Positions 19,941 through 28,547 of a DNA stretch of 64,000 nt are shown piece by piece. Each line of letters starts with the position of its first letter. The stretch's first letter is position 1. This stretch comes from an uncultured Verrucomicrobiae bacterium. GTDB taxonomy: Bacteria > Verrucomicrobiota > Verrucomicrobiia > Chthoniobacterales > JAFAMB01. Both the position numbers and the translations under genes were made by a program. The stretch lies in the NCBI GenBank assembly GCA_963762565.1, contig CAVXLD010000001.1:160001-224000 (forward strand), written 5' to 3'. The notes under the pieces are model-generated. The model worked only from the letters and a program-made list of their open reading frames with translations, was not told the DNA's origin and ran no database searches.

Positions 19941-20032
19941 TGGGTTGGGTGGGACTCGAACCCACAACCAACCCCGAACTCCGAAATTCTTCGCGAGCAG
20001 GAGCTTTCGGGGCTGCTCTACCATTGAGCTAC
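19941..20032 (-). pseudogene. tRNA-Lys-derived copy B: lacks the first 6 nt; 13 nt of the anticodon arm replaced by a 39-nt hairpin-type insert
   Basis: Identical to 20296-20367 on both sides of the insert at 19973-20011. Confidence 0.85.
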
Positions 20033-20283
20033 ATCTCGGGACCGCTCTTGAGTAGGTAGATCGCGATCTGCGGATTCTTTTTCGCTTTGAGTTGGCGCTC
20101 AAGCAGTCTCGCCGACCGAATGTCCGGCATTTGCTTGGTAGCGACGAGCTCTAAGGGCAGACCAAACCGTCGGGTAGAATGGACCTTGCCACGTTGGTGT
20201 TCGCCGAAGCGCCGATCGAGATTTTCGGTCGACCCGATATAGTGCCCGCCACAAGACCCACGAATGATATAGACCCACGCCAT
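20029..20283 (-). CDS. Small stand-alone GIY-YIG nuclease (84 aa, UPF0213-like)
   Basis: MAWVYII...HYIGSTENLDRRFGEH...ARLLERQLK. Confidence 0.9.
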   Translation of the reverse strand: MAWVYIIRGSCGGHYIGSTENLDRRFGEHQRGKVHSTRRFGLPLELVATKQMPDIRSARLLERQLKAKKNPQIAIYLLKSGPEM

Positions 20284-20295
20284 CCTAACCAAAAA

Positions 20296-20367
20296 TGGGT
20301 TGGGTGGGACTCGAACCCACAACCAACGCCTTAAAAGGGCGCTGCTCTACCATTGAGCTACCAACCC
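20296..20367 (-). tRNA. tRNA-Lys(UUU)
   Basis: GGGTTGGTAGCTCAATGGTAGAGCAGCGCCCTTTTAAGGCGTTGGTTGTGGGTTCGAGTCCCACCCAACCCA cloverleaf; CCA not encoded. Confidence 0.95.
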
Positions 20368-20407
20368 AAAAAATCTGCATTCCATTCTTCCCCTTGGCAT
20401 CCCTAAG

Positions 20408-20461
20408 CCACAACCAACCCCGAAAGCTTTCGGGGCTGCTCTACCATTGAGCTACCAACCC
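20408..20461 (-). pseudogene. tRNA-Lys-derived copy A: 5' part intact, anticodon arm replaced by CCCGAAAGCTTTCGGG, T-loop and 3' end missing
   Basis: GGGTTGGTAGCTCAATGGTAGAGCAGC-CCCGAAAGCTTTCGGG-GTTGGTTGTGG. Confidence 0.85.
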
Positions 20462-20537
20462 CGGGAAAACGGACTGGAATACTATAGCTAAAACGGAATG
20501 CCGCAAGCGGTTTTGAGCTGCGGTTTGCGTGAAGTCG

Positions 20538-21116
20538 TCAAAACAGATCCTGAAGCCGGACCTCGACATCCGGGAACGCTTGGAAAGCAACGATCCCCTG
20601 AGAGACGACAGTACCTTCATATTTGCCGTTCGCATTCAGGCGAAATACTCGGACGAACGCATTCGCCAGATCGATGATCCAATACTCTGGAATGCCAGCG
20701 CTCTGGTAAGCCTGGAGCTTTTTTTCAGAATCGTATTTCAGGCTGGTATCTGACACCTCGACTACGAGATAGATTTGTTGCGGCAAAATGTGTTGGCGTC
20801 GGGTTCCTGCATCTGTCGTGAATAGAACCAAATCGGGCTGCAGTTCATTAAAGTCCGGGATCGGAATCGGCCGTCCCGGACCAACCTTGAACCGGCCTTT
20901 CTTTTGCTCGCCGAAGATTTCGTTGAGCCTTTCCAGGATAAATTGATGCTCAGGACCGATCGGCGCCATTTGGATAAGGAGACCATCGAACAGTTCAACC
21001 CGGTCGGTTGGTTGCAGAACACCACTTTCGCCAAGCCTATGGTACTCCGCCACGGTGAGCCGTCGTAAGGAGAAGGCAGCTTCCTCAGCAGGGTTGGACA
21101 AAACTGATGAAGCCAT
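20538..21116 (-). CDS. Uma2-family (DUF820) endonuclease-fold protein
   Basis: TVAEYHRL, RVELFDG, QPD, LVVEVSDTSL.YD...K...Y...GIPEYWIIDL. Confidence 0.92.
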   Translation of the reverse strand: MASSVLSNPAEEAAFSLRRLTVAEYHRLGESGVLQPTDRVELFDGLLIQMAPIGPEHQFILERLNEIFGEQKKGRFKVGPGRPIPIPDFNELQPDLVLFTTDAGTRRQHILPQQIYLVVEVSDTSLKYDSEKKLQAYQSAGIPEYWIIDLANAFVRVFRLNANGKYEGTVVSQGIVAFQAFPDVEVRLQDLF

Positions 21117-21356
21117 GGGCTACACATAGCCTACCCCTCTAAAAATCGCGAACAAATCGGAAACAGTTCGTCGTTCGAGATTCACTGTTCGCAGCCTACA
21201 CCGGGATCGCTCCACCCACGTGCTTCCCATCAACACAGACCGTCTAACAACCGCTTGACGGCCCGCCGCGTTTCACCATTGCCCCTATAACACCGCTCCA
21301 TTGCTCCACTGCTGCAACACTCCGTTTGCCACCTCACGTAGCAACTTCTGCAAAAA

Positions 21357-21387
21357 ACGTTGGGCAGGCGATACGCCTGCCCAACGT
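21357..21387 (-). terminator. Intrinsic terminator
   Basis: ACGTTGGGCAGGCG-ATA-CGCCTGCCCAACGT preceded by an A-run. Confidence 0.7.
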
Positions 21388-21494
21388 GGTTATGTTACTG
21401 TTATGAAATTACGGTAGAGATTTCGCTTCTCAGGTTGTGGGGGCTCTTCAGCCTTCGCCAAGGCTACGGCGGACAAGGCGACGCGAACTCAGAG

Positions 21495-21701
21495 CTACCG
21501 ATAGTACCAATGGCCGTGCCGCCAGAACCGGCGATGCCAGTAAGGATGTGCATAGTAGGCGTACCCACCTGGTCCCCAGTAATAACCCGGAGCATAAAAT
21601 CCAGGTCCACTGACGACGAAGACAACCCGGGCATCGGCTGGTTTCGGGCACAACGTCAGTGCCGCGAACAACGCCGAAAGCGCGATAAGTATTCTTTTCA
21701 T
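21495..21701 (-). CDS. Small secreted Tyr/Trp/Gly/His-rich protein (YXWGXW-like)
   Basis: Signal peptide ending ADA; PGYYWGPGGY..HPYWHRRFWRHGHWYYR. Confidence 0.7.
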   Translation of the reverse strand: MKRILIALSALFAALTLCPKPADARVVFVVSGPGFYAPGYYWGPGGYAYYAHPYWHRRFWRHGHWYYR

Positions 21702-21968
21702 ATCTACAAGGTTTTTAACGTAGGACCGGGCGATGGGTTACGGGAAAAGGCGAGGCCATGCGGAGTGATGGAGTAGTGGAGCTCTGCGCTGTCGGGTTGG
21801 AGCGTGCGAAGTGGACGGTCATCGGGTGCACTTCAGCGGTGTCGTCGCGTAATTCTGACGGCAGCGTCAGAATCTACTGACGAGTCCGGGCAAAACGGCT
21901 CAGAAATACTTGTCCCAGGGGATGTTTTTCCGTGCGACTCAGCCGGAAAGACCGTATTGGCTGAGTTT

Positions 21969-22586
21969 ATGAAAAGATTCCGCTTGACTGCTTTCGTTGT
22001 GGCTAGCGCGCTGTCGCTAACAACCGCCAATGCGATGCCCGATTTGGGCCGCGAAACCGGGAAGTTTATCCGGCAAGAACAACCCGCACCAAAGGGAGTA
22101 CGGACTTTTGAGCCGGCTAAATTACCGGTAGCAAAAGGAAGCGATAATACAAAGGTGTCGATGGCAGTACCGCTACATCCTGGCGACGGGAATCTAGCGA
22201 TGGGAGTACCGCTTCGTCCCGGCAACGGCATTCTAGCGATGGGAGTACCGCTTCGTCCCGGCAACGGCATTCTAGCGATGGGAGTACCGCTTCGTCCCGG
22301 CAACGGCATTCTAGCGATGGGAGTACCGCTTCGTCCCGGCAACGGCATTCTAGCGATGGGAGTACCGCTTCGTCCCGGCAACGGCATTCTAGCGATGGGA
22401 GTACCGCTTCATCCCGGCAACGGCATTCTAGCGATGGGAGTACCGCTTCATCCCAGCAATGGCATTCTAGCGATGGGAGTACCGCTTCATCCCAGCAATG
22501 GCATTCTAGCGATGGGAGTACCGCTTCGTCCCGGCAACGGCATTCTAGCGATGGGAATACCGCTACGCCCACCGACGGCATTCTAG
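21969..22586 (+). CDS. Secreted protein with 13-aa tandem repeats (MGVPLRPGNGILA); probably extends to 22651
   Basis: Signal peptide MKRFRLTAFVVASALSLTTANA; the repeat continues past the stop in a shifted frame. Confidence 0.75.
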   Translation: MKRFRLTAFVVASALSLTTANAMPDLGRETGKFIRQEQPAPKGVRTFEPAKLPVAKGSDNTKVSMAVPLHPGDGNLAMGVPLRPGNGILAMGVPLRPGNGILAMGVPLRPGNGILAMGVPLRPGNGILAMGVPLRPGNGILAMGVPLHPGNGILAMGVPLHPSNGILAMGVPLHPSNGILAMGVPLRPGNGILAMGIPLRPPTAF

Positions 22587-22609
22587 CGATGGGAGGTTCG
22601 CTGCGTCCC
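22161..22609 (+). repeat. 39-bp tandem repeat, 11 units plus a partial 12th
   Basis: ATGGGAGTACCGCTTCGTCCCGGCAACGGCATTCTAGCG head to tail, no spacers. Confidence 0.95.
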
Positions 22610-22673
22610 GAGGAATTCCAGCTTGAGGCGGGCTTCGTCTTTCCAGCCTGATCTGATCCCTACCGGGATCGGG

Positions 22674-23177
22674 TCAGGGCTCGACAAAGCTTGTGTGCAT
22701 CAGCACCACGCGCCAGCCCTCGGGCAGTTTTCTCATCACGATTGTCGCCGTCCCAAATTCCTTCTTTTTCGCGAAGGTGATGGTGTCCCAATCCAAAACT
22801 TCTGCGAAATCAGGCGCCAGCATCTGCACTTGGACTCTATCAAGGGTCAATTCCCCCATTTCCGATGGGTTTGGATACCCCCCGTGCAGCGCCTTGCTAA
22901 GTAGGTCCCAACCATGGACCGCCTCGCCCTCGACAACTACAACCAAGGCGTCGGAGCGCCAGAAGGCATCAAGATAGCCATCAAGATCGTGCCGATTCCA
23001 GGCATCGGACGCCTTGACTACTTCATCATAGACCTCCTTTTCGGGATCATCTGCACCAGCAACCTTCTGCTGGTTGATCGTGTCGAGATTGCTCTTCGAA
23101 TCCGCCGCAATGGTCGCCGTGAGCAGCGAAAGACAGCCGACAATCGACAGGACTGAGGATACGCTTAACCGGCCCAT
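22674..23177 (-). CDS. Secreted NTF2-like (DUF4440/SnoaL) protein
   Basis: AWNRHDLDGYLDAFW, MGELT, GWRVVLMHTS. Confidence 0.85.
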   Translation of the reverse strand: MGRLSVSSVLSIVGCLSLLTATIAADSKSNLDTINQQKVAGADDPEKEVYDEVVKASDAWNRHDLDGYLDAFWRSDALVVVVEGEAVHGWDLLSKALHGGYPNPSEMGELTLDRVQVQMLAPDFAEVLDWDTITFAKKKEFGTATIVMRKLPEGWRVVLMHTSFVEP

Positions 23178-23489
23178 TTTTGAAACTAGGAGGCCGTTAT
23201 TATCCCAGACCTAGGCCAGATTGTCCAGTTGAGCGGATCCCAGATGAAACCGCGGTGTCGATATAAGCATCCATGCTTTTGGGGGAACCCAGTGTTGGCG
23301 CCTACTATCAATCATCATTAGCAGATGTCCAGCGTTTGAAGTGGGCAAATATATTTCCACTTAGTGGGTCGAGGCTGTGTTCAGATTCGAGGCTCAGACC
23401 GGCGCTTATTTTTGAGCAGGTACTGCAGCGTTCGCGCTGCGTTAAGACGCTACTTGGTTCTTGCGGACGCAAAAGCTCCAGGGTCGGCA

Positions 23490-24161
23490 TCAGGAAGACA
23501 CTAGATGGAGCCGATCTCGCAAGCTTTTGAGACCGCTACCTCCGAAGCCCAAGATGAAAACCTGAGTCCCGAGCCTACGCGCGCCCTCCCCGTCCGCGAT
23601 CTCGTCATCGCCGACGTGAAGGAGTTCTGCAGGCTCGACCTTAAAACGCCGCAGAGCTTCTTCGAAGATTCGTGGTGACGGTTTATCGGCTCCCACCTGG
23701 CTGGATACGATGACCTGTTCGAACAGATGCAAAATCCCAACGTGTTTAAGAATCTCATAAAGACGAAGATCGAAATTGGAGATAATCCCTAAATGAAAAC
23801 CGGCGCTGCGAAGGTCCTGCAAAAGCTCGAATGCGCCGGGTTCCAAGCGCCAAACACCGGGTAGCGCAAATTCGCTATAAACGGCGTCGAAGAAGTCTTC
23901 GAACGGATCGACCTTAGCCCCTGCGGCGGCCAACGTTTGCAATACAACCTCTCGCCACCAGCTCCGACCGTCGTCAGATCGGGGACCCGGTACATCCGGC
24001 AATCGAGGAACAAACTTCCAGGCCGTTCTAAAGCCTCGCTCCAGATTGGCAGGGTTTAACTCAGCTCCGAACCGTCTCGCCACCGCGGCGTAAGTCACGC
24101 CGACCGGATGTGTGAGCCGGATCAGCGTGTTGCCTGCATCGAAGGTGACGACTTTCAACAT
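23490..24161 (-). CDS. HAD-IA hydrolase (REG-2-like)
   Basis: FDAGNTL, ISNFD, KP, HVGD....D. Confidence 0.9.
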   Translation of the reverse strand: MLKVVTFDAGNTLIRLTHPVGVTYAAVARRFGAELNPANLERGFRTAWKFVPRLPDVPGPRSDDGRSWWREVVLQTLAAAGAKVDPFEDFFDAVYSEFALPGVWRLEPGAFELLQDLRSAGFHLGIISNFDLRLYEILKHVGILHLFEQVIVSSQVGADKPSPRIFEEALRRFKVEPAELLHVGDDEIADGEGARRLGTQVFILGFGGSGLKSLRDRLHLVSS

Positions 24162-24268
24162 AGCCTGGAGTTCCGGGATTCACCAAAACGTCCTGGAGTC
24201 AATCAATTTACAAGGTACGTTTGGATACTCCGGAGATGTTTGCGTCCCGAATCCGGGAACTCCAGGCT
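24162..24268. repeat. 20-bp inverted repeat pair (1 mismatch) between the HAD gene and the nusA promoter
   Basis: AGCCTGGAGTTCCGGGATTC ... GAATCCGGGAACTCCAGGCT. Confidence 0.75.
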
Positions 24269-24271
24269 GGC

Positions 24272-24299
24272 TTGACGGTCAACTTTTTCGTCATATCTT
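24272..24299 (+). promoter_or_regulatory. Putative sigma70 promoter of the nusA operon
   Basis: TTGACG-N16-TATCTT. Confidence 0.5.
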
Positions 24300-24308
24300 A
24301 GTAGACTC

Positions 24309-24387
24309 GACCGAAATGGCTGGGACTGTGTGCCGAGTCGGCCTCGCAAGTGAGGTCGCTCCAAACGGAGTCCAGGGCCGCTCGGTC
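24309..24387 (+). ncRNA. Candidate structured 5' leader of nusA
   Basis: Nested pairings GACCGA/TCGGTC, GGACT/AGTCC, and CCTC-GCAAGT-GAGG hairpin. Confidence 0.35.
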
Positions 24388-24400
24388 ACTTATTGTTTAT

Positions 24401-25663
24401 ATGAACAGCGATCTACTTGCGGTGCTCGATTATATGGAGCGCGAGAAAGGCATTAAGCGGGAAATACTGCTTGAGGCTTTATCTGGGGCTCTGCTCACCG
24501 CCGCAAAAAAGAGCGTCGGGCCTGCCCGCGATCTCCGAGTGACCATTGATCCGAAAACCGGGGAGATTACCGCTCTAGCCAATTTGGTCGTTGCCGACGT
24601 GGTGCGGAGCATTCATGACGAGATCACTCTCTCACGTGCCAGAAAGATTAAACCCGAGGCCGTTGTTGGCGATGTGATCGAAGTGGAAGTAACGCCTGAA
24701 GGCTTTGGTCGAATCGCTGCTCAGACTGCTCGCCAAGCCATCCTGCAGCGGATCCGCCAGATCGAAAAGGAAATGATTTTTGATGAGTTTAAGGACCGGG
24801 CCGGCGAAATCGTGAGCGGCACGGTGCGCCGGTTTGATCGCTCCGATGTGGTTGTGGATCTCGGCAAATTCGAGGCCGTAATGCCAATGCGCGAGCGTGT
24901 CGCCACTGAGGACTATAATATAGGGGACCGCATCCGGGCTTACGTTGTTGCTGTCGAAAACACCAACCGGGGCCCAGAGATCATTATCTCGAGGAGTCAC
25001 CCGAATTTCGTGCGCCGGCTGTTTGAAGTGGAAGTCAGTGAGATTGCTGACCGGACCGTCGAGATCAAGGCGATTTCCCGGGAAGCAGGTTATCGCACCA
25101 AGATCGCCGTCTGGTCTGCGGACGAAAAGGTGGATCCGGTGGGTGCTTGTGTCGGAATGCGGGGCTCCCGAGTAAAAAACATCGTGAGGGAACTGAACCA
25201 GGAAAAAGTGGATATTATCCGCTGGAGCGCGGACCCGCGGGAATTCGTAATGGAGGCGTTAAAGCCCGCCAAGATCAAATCGATCACGATCGATGAGGAG
25301 CGGAAAGCAGTGCAGGTGACGGTGGACGAAGATCAGCTCTCGCTTGCGATCGGGCGCCGTGGCCAAAATGCTCGATTAACCTCTCGCTTGTCTGGTTGGG
25401 AAATTAATATTTCCAAGGACGAGTCCGTTACGCACGCGTTTGAACAAAAGCTGGCTCAAGCCATCACGACTCTTGCCAAGACTCTTAATATCGACGAGGA
25501 GACAGCTCGGTCGCTGGCTCGGGCAGGGATGAATAGTGTCGACGGAATTTTGGAGATTGATCCAAAAGACATCGCGGAACTCCTGCAGATCGATTTAGAG
25601 CAGGCACAGAAAATTCAGGAATCGGCGAAAAAGGAACACGAACGAAAATTGGCGTCCATCTGA
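24401..25663 (+). CDS. nusA: Transcription termination factor NusA
   Basis: FGRIAAQTARQ, S1 and KH domains, DPVGACVGMRGSRV, LAIGRRGQN. Confidence 0.97.
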   Translation: MNSDLLAVLDYMEREKGIKREILLEALSGALLTAAKKSVGPARDLRVTIDPKTGEITALANLVVADVVRSIHDEITLSRARKIKPEAVVGDVIEVEVTPEGFGRIAAQTARQAILQRIRQIEKEMIFDEFKDRAGEIVSGTVRRFDRSDVVVDLGKFEAVMPMRERVATEDYNIGDRIRAYVVAVENTNRGPEIIISRSHPNFVRRLFEVEVSEIADRTVEIKAISREAGYRTKIAVWSADEKVDPVGACVGMRGSRVKNIVRELNQEKVDIIRWSADPREFVMEALKPAKIKSITIDEERKAVQVTVDEDQLSLAIGRRGQNARLTSRLSGWEINISKDESVTHAFEQKLAQAITTLAKTLNIDEETARSLARAGMNSVDGILEIDPKDIAELLQIDLEQAQKIQESAKKEHERKLASI

Positions 25664-25705
25664 AAGAGGTGGAGCGAATGCGAGAATTAGAGAAACAGAT
25701 CACTC

Positions 25706-28092
25706 ATGGTTACACGAGCAGGCACTCGAAAAGAATCCACCACGAAGACCCCGCGGAAGCACGATGCTCCCGCAGATAAGAGTGCTGCGCCCGTCCCCAC
25801 TTCCCCCACCGCCCCACGCCCGGCAGAGCCTAAGGAATCTACCGATCTAATTACTCCCAGGAAGAAACGGCCGCCTTCAAGCGGGGCAGGCGGGCCAGCG
25901 GCCCAGGCGGGCCAAGCGGCCCAGGCGGGCCAAGCGAACACAAACCGGCAGGGGCGAGGCGGTCCGGGGTGCCGCCAATCAGTAAGGCTCGGGTTCACCA
26001 GGCAGAGGCGAAGCCCGCCCCGAGCGCAAAAGAAACGCCTCCGGCGCAACCGGCACCAGGGTCGACCCCTCAGGCAAAGCCGGCCCCGAAACCCGAGACG
26101 GTTTCGCTCATTGAAGAGAAACGCCCAAAGAAGAACGAACCGGCGGCTACCACCGAGACGCGGTCTGTGCTTCCACCGATCTCGAAAATCAGGCCCCCTA
26201 CAATTTCCAAACCGGCTGAACCCGAACCAGCGCCTCAGCCGACGACAGCACCGGCCGAGCCCGTCGCTCCCGCAAGCGAGGCCCCTCGGACCGACCAGGT
26301 TCCCGCGGTATCCGACGATAAGACAGTTCATATCAAGCCGCCGATCATCGTCCGTGAGCTTGCTCAGCGGATCGGTATCAAACCGTTTCAGCTGATCAGT
26401 GATTTGATGGAGATGAATATCTTCGCCGCGATCAACCACTCGATCGAGCCCGACGTAGCAGCGGCGATCTGCAAGAAACACGGTTTCGTTTTCGAGGTCG
26501 AGAAACGGGAAAAAGGCGGCGGCGTTCATAAGCCGGAGCCAGTGGTGGAAAAACCACCAGTGCCGGTGACGCCACCGGAGCAAGAACTCGAGCTGCGTCC
26601 GCCGATCATCACTTTCATGGGTCATGTGGACCACGGGAAGACCTCGTTAATGGATGCGATCCGGAAGACACGGGTGGCGGCCGGTGAAGCCGGAGGAATC
26701 ACCCAGCATATCGGAGCCTACACGGTCAAGCACAACGCCCAGAAGATCACCTTTTTGGATACGCCTGGTCACGAGGCCTTTACAGCGATGCGAGCACGCG
26801 GCGCAAATGTAACCGATATCGTGGTACTCGTGGTTGCGGCTGATGACGGCATTATGCCGCAAACGATTGAAGCGATTAATCACGCCAAGGCGGCAAAAGT
26901 ATCGATCATCGTCGCGATCAACAAAATCGATTTACCGTCCGCGAATCCGGACCGAGTCAAAGGCCAGCTCCAGGAACGAGGGCTGACGCCCGAAGATTGG
27001 GGCGGCAACACAATTTGTTGTCTGGTGTCGGCCACGAAAGGTACGGGCATCGATCACCTGTTAGAGATGATGTTGCTACAGGCCGAAGTCATGGAGCTAA
27101 AGGCCAGCCCGTCGGTACCGGCTCGCGGTAACGTGATTGAAGCCCAAGTGGAACCAGGCCGCGGACCAACCGCAACCGTGGTGATACGGGTGGGCACTTT
27201 GAGCGTGGGTCAAGCTTTCATCTGCGGGAATTATTGGGGAAAGGTGAAATCTTTGATCAGTGATGCCGGACAGAACCTGAAAGAGGCCGGGCCTTCTACA
27301 CCAGTCAAAGTCCTTGGATTTACTGGGTTACCCAATGCTGGTGACGAGCTGCTAGTGACGGATTCCGAACGTTCAGCCCGGACGCTCAGCGAAGAACGGT
27401 TGCTAGAACTCCGGAATCACAAGCTGGCGATGCCGCAACGGGCGACCCTAGAATCGCTTTTCGATAATCTAGACGAAGGCAAGAAACAGCTGCAGCTCAT
27501 TCTGAAATGTGATGTGCAGGGGTCTGGTGAAGCGATTGCCGCGTCTCTCGGCCAGATCGAGAGCAAGAAGATCGACCTGGAGATCATTCACTCCGGTGTA
27601 GGCGCGATCAGCGAATCAGACGTCTTGCTAGCCAGCGCTTCCAATGCGGTCATCGTCGGATTCAATGTCAAGACCGAGAACCAAGCGGCAGCAGCAGCCA
27701 AGCGCGAAGGAATTCAGATCAAGCTTTTCAGCATCATCTACGAACTGATCGATCAAGTAAAAGAGGCCATGGTCGGGATGCTGGATCCGGAAATTCGGGA
27801 GGCTATTACTGGCCATGCCGAAGTCCGTCAAGTATTCGACCTGTCAAAAGGCACGGTCGCAGGTTGCTATGTTGTCGATGGCAGAATCATCCGTTCCGGC
27901 AGGGCGCGAGTCTTGCGCAAGCGGCAGCCAATTTATGATGGCGGAATCGCCACTCTGCGCCGGTTCCAAGACGATGTGAAAGAGGTCCGCGCCGGGGTCG
28001 AATGCGGCTGCAAGCTCGGAGATTTCAATGAATACGAGGTTGGTGATATCATCGAGTGTTACACACTGGAAAAGATCGCCCAACAACTGTAG
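25706..28092 (+). CDS. infB: Translation initiation factor IF-2, with an apparent 1-bp deletion near 25940 (main frame 25969-28092)
   Basis: [18 protein letters not shown]-terminal Pro/Ala-rich part starts in another frame at 25706. Confidence 0.95.
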
Positions 28093-28193
28093 CCTGGATT
28101 TTCTCGCAAAGCTCCGGCGCGTTCTCTATCGCGTCACGCCCTCTCTAAAGTTGCACCAGAAATCGCAGAACGTTTGCGAGAAAATTCAGGCTT

Positions 28194-28547
28194 ATGAAAC
28201 ATCGTTTGCAGCGGGTCAACGAGGTGGTTAAACGCGAGCTCAGTGAATTGATTACACGAGAGCTTAATTTTGAATCTGAAGTCCTGGTCACGATCCCGGC
28301 AGTTGAGATCAGCCCTGACCTTAAAAATTGCACTGTTTACGTCAGCGTCATCGGGGCAACCTATCAAAAGTCCGACGTAATCGCCGAACTGCAAGAACAC
28401 CGGATTAACCTTCAGCGAGAACTGTCAAAACGAGTGGTGCTAAAATATACTCCCCACCTACACTTCAAATTAGATAATTCGATTGAGCGCGGAAGCCGTG
28501 TGCTCGAGATCATTCAAGACCTCGAAGAACCGCCCCGGGAAGAATGA
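28194..28547 (+). CDS. rbfA: Ribosome-binding factor A
   Basis: RLQRVNE, SPDLK, LKYTPHLHFKLDNS; operon position. Confidence 0.95.
   Translation: MKHRLQRVNEVVKRELSELITRELNFESEVLVTIPAVEISPDLKNCTVYVSVIGATYQKSDVIAELQEHRINLQRELSKRVVLKYTPHLHFKLDNSIERGSRVLEIIQDLEEPPREE

Noticed and set aside
19941..20032. Intron-containing or second functional tRNA
   Set aside because: The 5' acceptor strand is missing and the anticodon itself is deleted, so splicing cannot restore a tRNA.
19941..20367. Prophage or genomic-island attL/attR
   Set aside because: No integrase, only ~260 bp of cargo, and the duplicate includes the D-arm with an altered anticodon arm, unlike a normal 3' att duplication.
20538..21116. 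Uma2 gene as part of the tRNA/GIY-YIG system
   Set aside because: It lies outside the tRNA-derived copies and such genes are commonly scattered; linkage is unsupported from one locus.
21833..22581. Minus-strand repeat ORFs (MPLPGRSGTPIAR and CRCRDEAVLPSLE)
   Set aside because: Shadows of the 39-bp repeat; only the plus-strand frame has a signal peptide.
22161..22609. CRISPR array
   Set aside because: 39-bp units are contiguous with no unique spacers, keep a reading frame, and no cas genes are present.
23308..23490. 60-aa ORF downstream of the HAD gene
   Set aside because: No recognisable motif; cannot be supported without a homology search.
24309..24387. SRP (4.5S) RNA or a known riboswitch
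   Set aside because: No SRP domain IV motif or recognisable riboswitch consensus; kept only as an unnamed leader candidate.
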